A stretch of 62,403 bases of DNA, filler included, from Rhabdomonas costata (Eukaryota): NCBI GenBank assembly GCA_019059605.1. It is 24 parts of 24 records of this genome, joined end to end, with 100 filler letters (N's around TTAATTAATTAA, not from the genome) between each part and the next. Parts side by side here need not be neighbours in the genome. Positions count along the whole stretch, not along the records: positions 39,083 to 41,586 come from JAHMHO010003108.1; positions 41,687 to 44,190 come from JAHMHO010003109.1; positions 44,291 to 46,793 come from JAHMHO010003110.1; positions 46,894 to 49,389 come from JAHMHO010003111.1; positions 49,490 to 51,991 come from JAHMHO010003112.1; positions 52,092 to 54,593 come from JAHMHO010003113.1; 18 more parts are not named here. One strand, written 5' to 3'. Each line of letters opens with the position of its first letter. Positions within the stretch are counted from its first letter, which is position 1. The position numbers and the translations under genes are program-made. This document shows positions 39,450 through 52,605 of the stretch, one piece after another. The notes under the pieces are model-generated. The model saw only the letters and a program-made list of their open reading frames with translations. It was not told where the DNA came from and ran no database searches.

Positions 39450-40500
39450 ATTATTCCACGTTTTGGAAAGGTTTTTCCATGTATGGGCAATTTTCAGTGC
39501 AGATTAAAACATAGTTCATATTCACTTGCCATCTGTTCATAAAAAACGTTCGGTTCAAATTATCGCATTTAAAGTTTTGTGCATTGCTGTTGTGCACTTG
39601 CACTATTTTGTTCACTGAATAGGCATCGTGTAAAACGTTGAGCTTTGGCTGTTTTGTGTCTCTGTATTTTGTCATTTATGTATACAATACTTCAAGTGAA
39701 AAGATTTTGTGTGTAACAAACATCCTAGTGACATGATACATCATTGCGTGATTGCATAAATTGTGAACAGCTGTGCTGACGTTTGTGCCTAAATGTTATT
39801 CTGCTATTGGTTGTTACATTGCGTATTGTTGGCAAGCGTTTATAAAACAGTAGTATTTGTCCAACGTCATGCACACAAGCTGGTTTGTAGTGAACGTTTG
39901 TTTCTTTTTGTGTCAACAATTTTGTGGTATTGACTGTTTGGTGGACCAAAACCTTTGCGACATGCGGTGTATTAAGATCTCAATTTTGCCTTTGATAGCA
40001 ATTTGTGAGAAACGTTGTACACCGAACTCTACATTTAAGCACAGAGATGAGGTGGAAAACACTTTAATTTGCGCAGTGTTTACTAACATGTCAGCAGTCA
40101 ATTGCTACATGTGTACCGCATTTTGGTTTTTCCGCTTCATGTGGAAGGCACACTGATTGTTTTTCCAACACGAAAGGTTCTTTATATCTGTCGTGGTTGG
40201 AGTTTTCTCATTTGTGTACACAGACTTGTGGCTTCTACGGTGTATTGTGCGTTATGCTGATGCAACTGCGCCGTTCCAGTACATTTTATAATATTTATAT
40301 TTTTGTGCAAAGGTGGTAAAATATCACGAATTTTGTGGCATGTGATGGTGAGCGAAAACAAAGAAACTGGTAGTGTTAGTGTTGGTAAAAGGCTTTCTAC
40401 ACACTGTTCTAAACACATAATATTCAGCGCTTGTATTTCATCTCCATGTCAATTTATGAGTCCGTTTTTACAATGATGTTTCTCCAATTGTACTTTACTT
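39450..40500 (-). pseudogene. Decayed AT-rich LRR-like gene
   Basis: HHCKNGLIN*HGDEIQALNI..LTLPVSLFSLTITCHKIRDILPPLH resembles an LRR N-cap plus LRRs. Multiple stop codons and frame changes follow. Visibly more AT-rich than other contigs. Confidence 0.35.
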
Positions 40501-41686
40501 TACATTTGCATTGCGTTCATTAATATGTGGCATCACTGGAGTGCTGGCCAAGGATATTTAATGTCTTGTGGTTGTACGATGTTGCTTCATGTGACATTAT
40601 TGTGTTCTTTTACGCTATTTGTACACAGAATATGTAACTGCTCCCATGGACAACCACTATAGATTCGACTCTGAGATGATAACCACAGAGAGACCACCAA
40701 CAATCAAGTATTGTCTCGAGAAGCTAAACTCAGAATGGGGGTTTGTGTACAGTTCCAAAAAATGGCAGCGTATTTAGGCAACCGAAAGCGGTCCAACTAT
40801 CAATTTGTGGTTGGGCATCTTGGACATCTTGATCAATCAGAGGAAGCTAAGAACAATTGGAACCAGATGTATTGAGCACAGCGTCAGGTGACCATAAAGA
40901 GTCCAAACGCTAAAAGTTGATTCCAAAGTATTCCTCCTGCTGTTATATAGGCCATCTTCCGCAATAGTTTCGTGCAAACACTCACCAGGAAACAAATCTA
41001 ATATGTCAAGGAGTTTGCCTAGCAGTTTATAAGTCGGTAAAACACTCCTGCCCGTCCGTTTCAGTCACAGTATTACGAAGCAACCGGATTGTGGGGTGTT
41101 GATGAAGGGAGTGATGAAGAAAATTGGTACCTGCTACGTGGATTTCAGTATCTTCCAGAAACCTGGAAATCAAAACTTACTTATTTTTCCCGATTCTCAG
41201 ACAAATACTTGACAAGTAAAATACCACACAACGGTGAAAATGGGAAGAAGCTGCTATTCAATCCCGGCGTCTGCCCACGAGCAAAAGCAATCAGGAAAAA
41301 TGGCCCCAAAAACAAGATGAGCAAAATGTGCCCTGGGTATGTCAAGCCATCCGCTGCAAACGATTCCTTCGCATAATGGTCATCAAAAACGGGTGTTGTT
41401 TTTGCCTTGCTTTTCTAGGCAGAACTGTGTGGACGCTGTCGTTGGTTTTGTTTTTTGTCGGATTTTGGAACGTTCTGGGTGGAGGGAGCCTGTGCGTGAG
41501 AGGGTTGTGCAGGCACCATTTACAACACCTACAGCTTCGACCTTCGACCCTCAACATGACCCTGACCACAACACCGCAACGCTACCNNNNNNNNNNNNNN
41601 NNNNNNNNNNNNNNNNNNNNNNNNNNNNNNTTAATTAATTAANNNNNNNNNNNNNNNNNNNNNNNNNNNNNNNNNNNNNNNNNNNN

Positions 41687-43703
41687 TTGTTGGGGGAAAA
41701 CCCGGTGCAACACGTTCCCGTTGGTACGCAGGGGTGAGGGGGCAGCTGTTATACATTTGGCAGCGTTATGTGTTTATAACCAAACACCGAAGGTCGCTTT
41801 TTCAGGAGTATGTTTCCAGGATCTGGGGTGCGAAGCGCTACGTGGGTAACGTTCCCGAAACGAACACCACCCACGACCTCCACAGTCTTCTGCTCCGTTC
41901 CCAAGGACGTGTTCTTGCAGATCAGAGGCAACTGAACCCCTTTTCAAAATCTTCGAATCCCAGCGTCGTATGTATCACCCGGGGAACACCCGCAACGGTA
42001 ACTACTGGTGTATAACAGCTGCCCCCTCCCGAAAAATTACACTAGACCGTGCCCCCGCACAAAGGCATCCCACCTTGCTTCCATTTGTCGCTAACGCATT
42101 CGCAGAAGGCAGCGAAGCATAACTGAAAAACACTCTGAAGTGTTTTTCTTCGCTGAAGCTGGAATTGTTCGGCGAGCGCCAACCGCGCTGTCCATTATCA
42201 GTTGTAGGGAACGCAGTGAGCAATGCAGTCGCGCTACCGCATCATCGCATTGGCCGGACCGCAGCCAGTCTCTATCCGGGTTGTGGCTCGCAGAGGAATA
42301 CAAGACCAACCTGGCCTCCATCGTGGCCTTCCTTCGGAGCCAGTACCAGGCAGACGTGCCGATCGTCCTGATCACCCCTCCTCCAGTCTGTGGAGTCAAG
42401 CGGCTGCAATACCAGCAGGCCACTTATGGGCCTTCGGTTCATCTTCTCATTCTGCTAGAGATTTGCCCGCCACTCCTCGAATATCCTTTTTCTTAGTCAT
42501 GGTCACACAGAATTATCTGCGCAGATGAGGCTACATTTGCAGGGTGAGCTTTGCGCATGGTCTCCCCCAAATCGAAATTGGTTATTAAAATTTTTTTGGA
42601 GAAAGGTAGTATTCTCTTTTATCCCGCCCCTCACCCGCAAAAGGCTACGGGACGCCTGGAGAGGACCAATGAAAGCGCTGGGACGTACGCGGCTGCGTGC
42701 GAGGAAGTGGGCGCGTCGCTGGGCCTTCCCGTGCTGAACGTTTGGAAGCTGATGCAGGCATGTGGCTGGAATCGCGTCGGTTCAGAATATTTATTTTGCG
42801 CTCTTTTGTGTGTTGGTGTGTCAGCCCACCCACACACACATTGCATTGTGGTTTCATTTTTTTGTGTATGCCACACTAATGAATACACGCCCACGTCCGC
42901 CAAACTGATTTAGCGCTTTCCACGCACACAGTCACACACTTCTGTATTTCCCCTTGCACGCACCTCTTTTCAACGACCCGCTTTTTCCCGACGTTTTTGG
43001 CGTTGTTTCTCGCACTGCCATTCTTATGTAGTTTTCTTCTTGCTCTCATCCCCTCCATTCTTCCAAGTGTTCCACTCGCTACCCTGTCCTGGGCCGGACT
43101 TGGACACTTGGACATTTATTGTTGTTTTGTTTTGTTTTTGTTGAGGGTGTTGTTTTCTGAGTGGCCCGTCTTCCTTTTGTGCACTCCCATTGCTGCAGGA
43201 GGCGGGCTCCTCTCTTCCTGGGGGGTTTTCGGACTACCTCGTGGATGGTCTGCACTTCACCACTTTGGGTCACCGCTTCTTCTTCGATCGCCTGGTGGAG
43301 CTTCTGGAGAGGCAACCCACGCTGCAGCCCCAAAGGATGCCCATGATCTGGCCCGACAAGGGAATTGTGGACTGGTCAGCGCCCCCCATTTGTGCACATT
43401 TTACGTCCTTCTTGCCATTTTGCCTCGCAAGTCCCTCCCGTGGCTGTCGTTTATAAGGGCGTGCTTCGGGGGGGGGGGCGTTACTCTTTCCGCTCTCACG
43501 CCATGTTGTGCAGTAGTCAGCCATAAGGGTTCGCTTGGGGACATGTGGCTCAGACTGCTGGGCGGCTCTGTTTCAGGAGGAACCCGGACAACACCTTTGT
43601 CCACGGCAAGACCATTCCTCCGCCGGTCCCAGCCCCCGTGAGCAACCCTGGTGGTGCTTTGGCTGGTCCGGCCACAGCCACCCCCAGCCCCAAAGGTGTC
43701 TAG
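41687..43703 (+). CDS. IAH1: IAH1-like SGNH esterase (C-terminal part)
   Basis: Exons <41687-41723 (QHVPV), 42294-42436 (EYKTNLASIV..IVLITPPPV), 42644-42757 (RTNESAGTYAAACEEVG..LNVWKLMQ), 43199-43374 (DYLVDGLHF..P.IWPD), 43577-43703(TAG). Confidence 0.85.
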
Positions 43704-44290
43704 CCACCGCAGGTGTCCTTCCTCCGCACCTTTAAATCCGTGGAAGATGCGCCTAAACTATGGAACCTCCGAACTCATAGTTCATCGAGAATTGTGATTT
43801 GGGACAGTCTGCTCACATCGCTCCCTGCTAATTCCACCCCACCGCTTTTAGGTCATCCTCGTGAATATTCTCCCTCCACGTTTCCCTTTCATTTTTCTAT
43901 TCTTTTTAAAGAAAATTGCAGCTTCTTGATTCCTGCTATTTGTTTTGAGAGAGAGAGGCGCGCCGGTCATTGCACCCTGGACCGATGACTGCTGTTTGCG
44001 TGTTGAAAACTTTCCTGCCTGGTAGGGGTGCGTCCTGACACCCGAAATGGGTTGGAACCCTGTTTGTGCGGACATGCCCTATGACGCTGCTATTGGCTTT
44101 GCTTGAAAAAATCAGCAATACAAATTGCAGCTCCCCTCTTCAGGTTTGAAGTTTGGGTGAGCTTTGGCACAAACAATAAGCTGTAGTGCTNNNNNNNNNN
44201 NNNNNNNNNNNNNNNNNNNNNNNNNNNNNNNNNNTTAATTAATTAANNNNNNNNNNNNNNNNNNNNNNNNNNNNNNNNNNNNNNNNNNNN

Positions 44291-46213
44291 GTGGTGGGTG
44301 TGGGCCGTAGTGGCGGAGGATAGGCCGTGGGCGTGCCGGGCAGGGAGAAGGAAGTGGTTGGGGCGCACTGTGCAGCGCAGGCAGCGAGGCAGTTCTGTGG
44401 CCTCCAGGAACTGCACGTCATCCTGCAAACACAAAGGAAGGGGAAAAATATAAGAGAGAGAGAGAGAGAGAGAGAACTCCAGCGACTCTCAGTTGCTTTT
44501 CTCATTTTAGCGCAACTCTGTACCCTCTCTCTGGACCCTGTACATGGACAGGCCAACCGACAAAACGAAATGAAGAGTCGAAAAATTGAAAGCTGACTGT
44601 TGTTGACACTCACGGAGCAGTTGGGAAAAGGCGGCAAACCCTCCAACAAAAATGAAAACAAGACCTGCATCTTCAGCATGTAGTTCGTGGAGTTCCACAA
44701 GAACGGCCGTGGGGGCTGAACAGAGGCCCGCCAACTCAGAATCCCCGTCACGACCTCACACGTGGCCTTCCGCTGCAATGTGCGAACCACACGCAACACA
44801 TCAATGGCCAGCAAACATGAAGAGTCCCCGACTGTGTGCTCCCGCTACCAAGTCCGTCCTCCTCGAAACCTAGCACTCACTACTTGCACAAAAAACCCAC
44901 GTTCGTTTAGAGTTCTCCTTCTTCAGGCGGGCTTCTGATCGATTCTACCGCCTCGCGCAGGAACGAAGTTATGAACGGAGAAGTGCAGAGGAAGGAAGGG
45001 CATTGGGGGCTACCAGGGCGAGCACCACGTTCACGATCGAGGACTGCAGCTCGCGTTGCTTCCACGACGGGTCCTGATGAAGCCCCCCAAGTACCGATAA
45101 ATAGAAGCAGACGGCGAGGTCCTTCATAGGAGAGGAGAGTGAAAGGTTGCAAAACGACAGGAGATGATAAGTCAGCATCGAGCAGTCGCCGGCAATCGCG
45201 GACACATTAGCTGTAGAGTACAGAGTACGAGGGCACAAGGCGGCAAGGGAGCAAGGCGAGGGGGACCTTGAGGTTGAGCAAGGCGGCCAGGTGCTGCAAA
45301 CGCTGCAGAAAGGCCTGAGTGGACAGTGAAAAAGACAGTGAAGACCATTTCACTGCAACCTATTCGCACGGAGAGACGGAACACTACTGATGATTGTTGG
45401 ATGGCACTCACTGTGAAAACGATTCAAAGGCCGGTCACCAGTGTGACGCAACCTTTAGAGGATAAATTTCACAACTAACGTTCCCTCGATTACATTTCCA
45501 TTGGGATCTATTCCTTTGACCAAAAGAAGGGACCAAGGGACCAACCCTGGCGGGGACAAACCTCGCGGGTAAAGATCCGCTGCACCACAATGTTCTGCTG
45601 CTCCCGCAAGGCGGTAAGCCTCTCAATCTCGCCGAAAATACTGTCACAGCCCCCCAGCCCATCACGCGTGCATAACCCCTAAGAAACGGATTTCCAAAAA
45701 CTGAGTACCCTCCCCACATCACTTCAGCCTCTGTGACCGTTGCCTGTCATGCCTGTCATGACGGCAATGACAAGGGATATTTCGAGCACGTCCTCTCACA
45801 CTCAAATACCTAATCTTCGCCCCCGATGTGGTTCACATGCAATTTTCTCGTACGAGATTAAAGCGCAGCTAAATGCAAAAATCAGACCTTCAAACGATCT
45901 TCTGTGCTGACATGCAGTACCTGTATAGCTGATGAGGGAAACGTATCTAAAAGCGATAGCTGCGATGACTGTGGCCATCTAACAAAGGCATTCGAAATCT
46001 CATCTAACCCTTCCAGGTTATTCCGGCAGGGTGGGGGGTGAGGCTGAGGGGTGAAGTAGGGGTGAGATACCTCCCGTAATTCAGCGGGGTGGTGCCCCCG
46101 CCGTACTGCGCGGCGATGAAGCGGTCACGTTCGGACTGTGGGACCTGCGTCTCCGCCCACAATTGCCCCAACAGCTGCTGCGTGCGCCCGTACATCTGGG
46201 TCACACTGCTGCT
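44291..46213 (-). CDS. Coiled-coil protein with MAP65/CCDC87-like motifs (partial)
   Basis: Exons 46213-46071 (LLGQLWAETQVPQSERDRF), 45314-45267, 45073-45014, 44772-44665 (RKATCEVVTGILSWR..PRPFLWNSTNYMLKMQ), 44422-<44291 (DDVQFL). Coding status is good; the family call is tentative. Confidence 0.55.
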
Positions 46214-49200
46214 CTGCGAAGCCACACCCATCAAGAACCCATTCCAGAGCCCCCATGCCGCAGAGCGTCAGCATCCCTTGATTGAGCTTTTCGCCCAACT
46301 CACCACCACACACCGCAAGAAGTTAAGCACGCAAATACGTGAGTGCGGTGTAATGTGTTAATGTGCAGAGAACGGGATTTGAAGAGAACCCAACTGTGCA
46401 CAGTGCACTCACTACGGCACCTGGGCGGCATTGCGGGAGCCCGACGGTCCCGAGGATCCGCTCGGATGCGCCAGGCGGCTGTTCTGGACAGCGGTGGAAT
46501 CCGGGGTGAGGGCCAACTTGGCTGGCAATACATCACATGGAAAAAATAAGTATACCGAAAACCCCAAGAATCGTTAACTCCCAGAATGCCCGTGACTGAT
46601 ATGGTCCAAAACATGATTCGGATCAAGAACGAACCAAATGGGTTTCCAACGGGGAAAGGATGCTCACATTCTGATCGAAAGCTTTTCACGCACAACTTTC
46701 CCAATGCAAAGAGGAATACCAGCCCTAACTGCACCCTCATGTGCCAAAACCTCTGTGATCACCAGTTTTTATACACAAATACCACACACCAACNNNNNNN
46801 NNNNNNNNNNNNNNNNNNNNNNNNNNNNNNNNNNNNNTTAATTAATTAANNNNNNNNNNNNNNNNNNNNNNNNNNNNNNNNNNNNNNNNNNNNTGTGGTT
46901 AAGTTCTTCTACTCTCTTGTGATGGTATCTCTGGGGGTTTGCACCGCTGCTTAGATGAAAGCAGAGCACATCAGAGACAATAAAAAAATTAGTGCTGGCA
47001 CGCCGGCGTGCAGGTGGGCGGATGGTGTGCCACTCTAGTTCTTTTTCTTATCAAAACCTAAGCCCAGAGGTAAAGCAAGCAAAAAAAAAACGGTCCTACC
47101 AACCCTTTGTCAACGCAATTAGGGCTCAAAAGCGCCCATAAGAAATGGCCCTCGGCTGTAAACACGTGCATTCTGGCCCACTCCCGGGCCCTACACATGC
47201 AGTACTCCTGGGCTCTACCCTTAGGTATGCTCAGCAGGCCCGGCCGAAAGCTTGGGCATGGGAAGTCCGAAATCTGCACCCCGGGAAAATGCCCTTAAAA
47301 GGGCCAAAGTTGACCATCAAGGGGTGGTATCTCAGCGTGGACAAGAAGTCCGAGGCCGGGAAGCGGCCAACCAATTCATCTCACGAGTGCTACCCTACCA
47401 CCAATTTTAAGTAAATTCAAAAAGGACATAGGGTACACGCTCAATTGTGCCCCGATGCTTCTTTTGGGGTGCGTTAGGAAGCGATGATTGTTGTGGTTCC
47501 GGAGGCCAGCTGAAGAGGCTAGATGGGCCCATCTGGTAGAACCCGCAGAACAGCGACGAGAGACAGAAGTACAAAAGCTCACGGTGACTTTCAGATAATC
47601 TTTATTTCACATCGGAATTTTCTGTGCACAAGTGAATTTATATCTTTGTGCGAAATTCTTCAGGGAAGTCGCCAATGTCTCCGCGTGGATGTCCAGGCTG
47701 ACCCGAACGCATGACACGGTACCGCAGCGCAGGCTCCAGGCTCAGCTCGCGCGAAGCAACCAGGAGTAAAGAGCTTTGTGCTAATCATAACTTCGTGACG
47801 TGGGTTTTGGCGCCGTGTGAAGCCTCGAAGATGCTTCGAAGGAAGCGGCATAGGGTCGGGGACCTTTTCTGTGTGACCTTTCTTTTTGCCGGCAGTACAT
47901 CGATGGTGGGGTTCCGCTGCATCCTCACTGTCGATTGACTCCTGCCGTGTCAGCTCTTGTGGTTTTCTTTTTTTTCTTCCTTTTCCCTTTCCCATTGTAG
48001 TAGGTCTTCCAGACAGTGACCAAACCGCTATTTCTACCCTGCTCCCCCCCCATTGGCCTTTCCGCTATGTAGTCAGTTTCGATCCCCTCTCTGCTGCACC
48101 ATCTCCCGCTGGGCAGCCTCCTTTGCCTGTGCCCGATCGCTGGTCACGGTTGTACCTCCACCTCCACACAAACTCAACACAAACACACTCCCGCGAATCA
48201 TGAGTTCGTGTGGGACAGAGAAATCGTCTGCAGGAGTACGACAACCTGTCTTCCCTGCACACCCCTGGACTCAGGTGCACGCACACAAAAAATACCGCGT
48301 GGAGGCCGCCTCTTATACAGCCTTGTTGAGCTTCTCCTCGTTTCGGCGGTGCGAGCCATGGTTGTTGTCCTACCACTTCTAGAACTATGGATGTCGGCTG
48401 TAACTTGGATGACTCCACTTGGCCACGTTGCCATGTTCCCAGGGTTACTCTCTTCCCTTGGCTTGTCTGGGTGACGTCTGGCGTCACTCACCTCCCTCCA
48501 ACCCTTCCACCACTCACTGGTTTTTTCTTTCTCCCCGGTGTGAGTGTGAACCTGGCATAGCGCTACCCCAGCTCTCTCTTCCTTGGTTCTGGGCTGTACC
48601 GGGGCACGGCGCACGCCAAGGCATGCGCACTTGTGCTTCCCCAGCTGACGCCACATACAGGCACTCCCTTCATCTGTAATTGAGACTCCGCCAACTCGTA
48701 GTCTGTAAACCTCTGCGTGGCTCCCTAAGCCGTGGTTTCGTGGGGGGACCCGGTTCCCACCAGCCCTCTCCCGCGGCCACGCCTCCCCGTCCCGAGTGAT
48801 GCGCCACGCAGCGGCACGCAGCCCACCACTCACTCATTACTTTTCCCTTTTTCTTCCTCTTTTTTTCTTTTTTTACGGAACACAACCGGACTCCTTTAAA
48901 TGGAGCTTATAGGTTCTTTTGGTCATTTCGTGGTTGGTTGCCATGACATAGACCCGCTCTCCCTCCCCTTCTCACCTCTATTCTGCACCTACGCACCGTT
49001 CTGCGGAGCACGCTCTTTTGAGACGATGTGACTGCCCGTCCTTGAGCGCCGAGAACCCAGTCTTGCATTCGGGTTGCCTTATTTTCTTTCAGTAAGTTTC
49101 GGTACTAGAACCCCTTATGACAATATATTGTGTGGGAGGGTACTGTGTGTGTGCATGTGTGCCCTACGTTGCTCGAATGATGAGGAGGTTCCGCTTAAGG

Positions 49201-49496
49201 GAAGTGCTTTGTCGCTTCCAAACGCTTGGGGTGGAGATAGACCTCCCGGCGCACTAGCCACTTCCTGGTTGCTGTTGGTGCACTTTTCCGAGTCAGTTGC
49301 CGGCTTGCCGGTTTCTCGGCGTACCTTTTTTCTTCTACGTTTCTCTCACCGCTTGTTAGTTTTCGTTGTGCGTTGTGCCAGCGTCGTTCNNNNNNNNNNN
49401 NNNNNNNNNNNNNNNNNNNNNNNNNNNNNNNNNTTAATTAATTAANNNNNNNNNNNNNNNNNNNNNNNNNNNNNNNNNNNNNNNNNNNNGGTTGGG

Positions 49497-49573
49497 TTTT
49501 TATGCCACTGGGAACATGCTGTCTCTTGGTGAACATGCAAGGTTGTAAACTCTCGATTTACGGTGTAGCCTGC
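49497..49573 (+). repeat. Second copy of family B repeat
   Basis: Matches the reverse complement of 7361-7447 with one short indel. Confidence 0.8.
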
Positions 49574-49851
49574 GATAGAAGCATACATGCAAGAGAGAAG
49601 TAGCGGAACCTATTTATGAATTCATATGCCCCAAAGAACAGCAGGCTGAACTAAAGTCTCGCCTTCCAGAAACGGCTTAGCAACGGCGGTTACAGAGATA
49701 ATGTCTATCTGGCCTTTCTATGTTGGCTGCTCGTTTCTGTTTATTCGCCTTTGCTTTGATGGTTGCGCTGGAAGATGCGGTCTTCTGTCTTGGTTCCCCC
49801 TCTCCCCCCTCATAAAAAAGACGTAAGAATCGCCCACTTTTCCCCACGCAC

Positions 49852-51309
49852 CTCCAGTGGGGTCGATGCTGCGGATGATTCGCTTGGCGTACTCGCGCTC
49901 CCCCGCCGTCCACACCACCGTCTCACAGTTCTCGCCCAAGAAGGCCAGAAGCTCGTCCAGCCCAGGCCGGGTAAACAAGGGACCCTCCCGGCCGTACACC
50001 AGGGTCTCGTCCAGGTCCAGAACCACGGTGTACTTCCTGAGCGGAGGGAGTCGAGGACGAGAAAAGCTTCCAGAGAAAAGGCATGGTGGGTCCTACCGGG
50101 TCCGGCATCAAGGCTAAATGCCTTGAAGCGAGAACTGGCTGAGAGTCCAGTGAGGTGCAATCGGTAGGGGTTGGGCTCTTGCACAGAAGATGAAAAAATA
50201 GAAAGAAGGTGAGCATTTCCCATAACTGGGGGGCAAGAATATTAAGCCAAAAAGGCAACCCATCAACCCAGCAACGGGCAACATCCAATAGCCGGCCTAG
50301 AGTTATACGTACGGCTGCGGTTGCTCCCCCAGCAGCATCCTTCACAGAAAAGCAGTACGTGGGCACACCGAGAGTCGGACAACTTTTTCGGAGGAAGGAC
50401 ATACGGCATCCTGTGAGAAAAATGAACCGAAATGTGGTAAAAAATAGAAATAAACCCTTCTCAAAAGCAGGTCGGCAGGAGGCCTGTGCTTTGTGGGCTG
50501 ATATCCTGCTCCCTGCACCCCCTTCCTCTCCCATTGTAAATAGTGGGCGTGCTCGGCTGGGGTACTCCTCTGGCCCCAATTCAGCACTGAGAAAAACAAA
50601 AGAAAAAATAGAGCGACCCGGAGGGTACGCCATTTTGAAGAAAAAAAAGAATACGGATTTTTAGGATGCCGATCTGAGAAGCTTTGGTTTTGGTGTGAGT
50701 GATTTGCGTGCAGGAAAAAAACATTGATCGGGAAACTAACATTGAGCGGCTTTCATCACAGCTGGAAGGCTCAACATCAGTGCAATTCAAGCAACCAGCC
50801 TGTGCGTGTGCATTTCTGTGTGTGCGTTCGACCACGGGGGGCAAGACACCTGCAAACTGATAATGCAACCATCACACCACTTGAGCCAAAAAAAAGACGA
50901 AACAGCGTCTGTCCAAGGTCGCACACAAGGTCACCGCATGACTGCGATACAGTATTGAAACTTTAGCAGGATGAGGAAGAAAAGCGGAATCAATAACACG
51001 CAGGGTGTCCGCACACGTTGGGTCGCGGTTCATGGAGGCATTGGTTATCGTCATGGACTGGGCCAGCGTGGCGAGCAGCTCCGCGCTGGTGGGGCCCGCG
51101 GTGGCCGCCTTTGGTTCGGAGGACGCAGAGGGGTCAGCGGGTGCGGGTGTCCCCGCGAGAGCAGGGGCTGTGGAGGTCCCCGTGGTTGCGGTAGAGGAGC
51201 TCTCCAGAGTCCTCTGGAGACTCTTCTGAGTGGCAATGTTCTCCCCAGAGACGTCGAAGGTGAAACTCGAGCCCCGAGGGACAATACTGCCCATCAGTTT
51301 GGACCACAT
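49852..51309 (-). CDS. FCP1/SCP-type (NIF) HAD phosphatase with a low-complexity N-terminal region (partial)
   Basis: Exon ~50036-49852: KYTVVLDLDETLVYGREGPLFTRPGLDELL..VVWTAGEREYAKRIIRSIDP, with an intact DxDxT motif. An upstream Ala/Ser/Thr-rich exon (~51309-50962) is probably the same gene. Confidence 0.8.
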
Positions 51310-52605
51310 TTTCGGGATCGGTGGAAGGCTTGTGGCGCAAGTCTAACGTGAAGGAATGACTTGCGGGAAAGGCACGACGGAATATTTTGCGAGGGGAAGG
51401 GAGCAATGAAAACGTAGGGCGTGTTACACAGGAGGGGCAATGGGCAAGCTTGCGACGGCTCGGGTCGCAGAGCCTGTGGGGAGGGAATGTGGGTGTGGGG
51501 AGGGGATGTCCCCGGCTGTGAGGATCAGGCAGGGGGGGGGCACAGTCACAGAAACATCGCAAAAGTTGCGCAAGAAAATAAAAAGGTACTGGGACCAGAA
51601 AAATGCTTCTTCGGGATTTCCCTCGCAATCCAACACAAATAAACCCGCATTGGTTTCGAACACACAAAATCCAGATTAACACCTGGAGAATCCGAGCAAA
51701 TGCAGCGGAGGATAGATGCAGATATTCTATTCCAAGAACATGCCAGAACCACATCAGGTAGACATTCTGATCACACTACACGTCGCAAGGCGTTGCCTGA
51801 TGTTAAATCTAAAACCCACTTCGCGGACGTTCGAAATCCATCACAAGAGTCGACAAACTCACCAAAACAGGCCGGAAACGCATGGTGGACACAAACCTGC
51901 CGGTACCGTGCCTCGAGAACACCACAGAACTGAACTAAAATTAAAACGCAGCGCCTCCCCTCCCCCTTGCAGAATGTGAATGGAGCAACTCNNNNNNNNN
52001 NNNNNNNNNNNNNNNNNNNNNNNNNNNNNNNNNNNTTAATTAATTAANNNNNNNNNNNNNNNNNNNNNNNNNNNNNNNNNNNNNNNNNNNNGGGTTGTTG
52101 TTTTACATCCAATTCATCTTTGTTGGAGGATGTGTGCAGCAGTGAGTCTGAGGCTCCGCAGTAGAGTAGTTTTATTTCGGAGAGTTAGCTTTTGTTCCAG
52201 TTCTGGAGAATACTAAAGGAATCAGAGCCCCCCCTCACAGTTTACCGCCCCCTTCCATTCATGCTACCCACTCCACAGCTGCACCGTCTTGTTGTTATGT
52301 TGGAGTTTAGTGGCCCCAGGCGGCCCAGGGCCAGTTGCCCCATTAATGGAATCTTATTTTTTTTTACTGTAAATACATCTTGGTTGCTGTCGTTGAACCT
52401 TCCGCTGCACGGGGCAAGAAGCGACGCAAAGGGGTTACGAAAGAGCTGAAGGGGCACTACACCCAGGGTCCAGGGTGAAAGTTCAGGAAACCTTGGTCCC
52501 AAGCGTATCGCGAGGGTCTGCTATGTGTACAAAAACCCCAGACCCTGCTTCGACTTGGCCCTGGCGTCATTAAAGAGTGCTGTGGTGGTGTGTTCTTGTG
52601 CGCAG

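Noticed and set aside
39450-41376. Alternative genetic code (stop-codon reassignment)
   Set aside because: All three stop codons and frame changes occur in this region, and intact genes elsewhere end in TGA and TAG normally. Decay is the simpler explanation.
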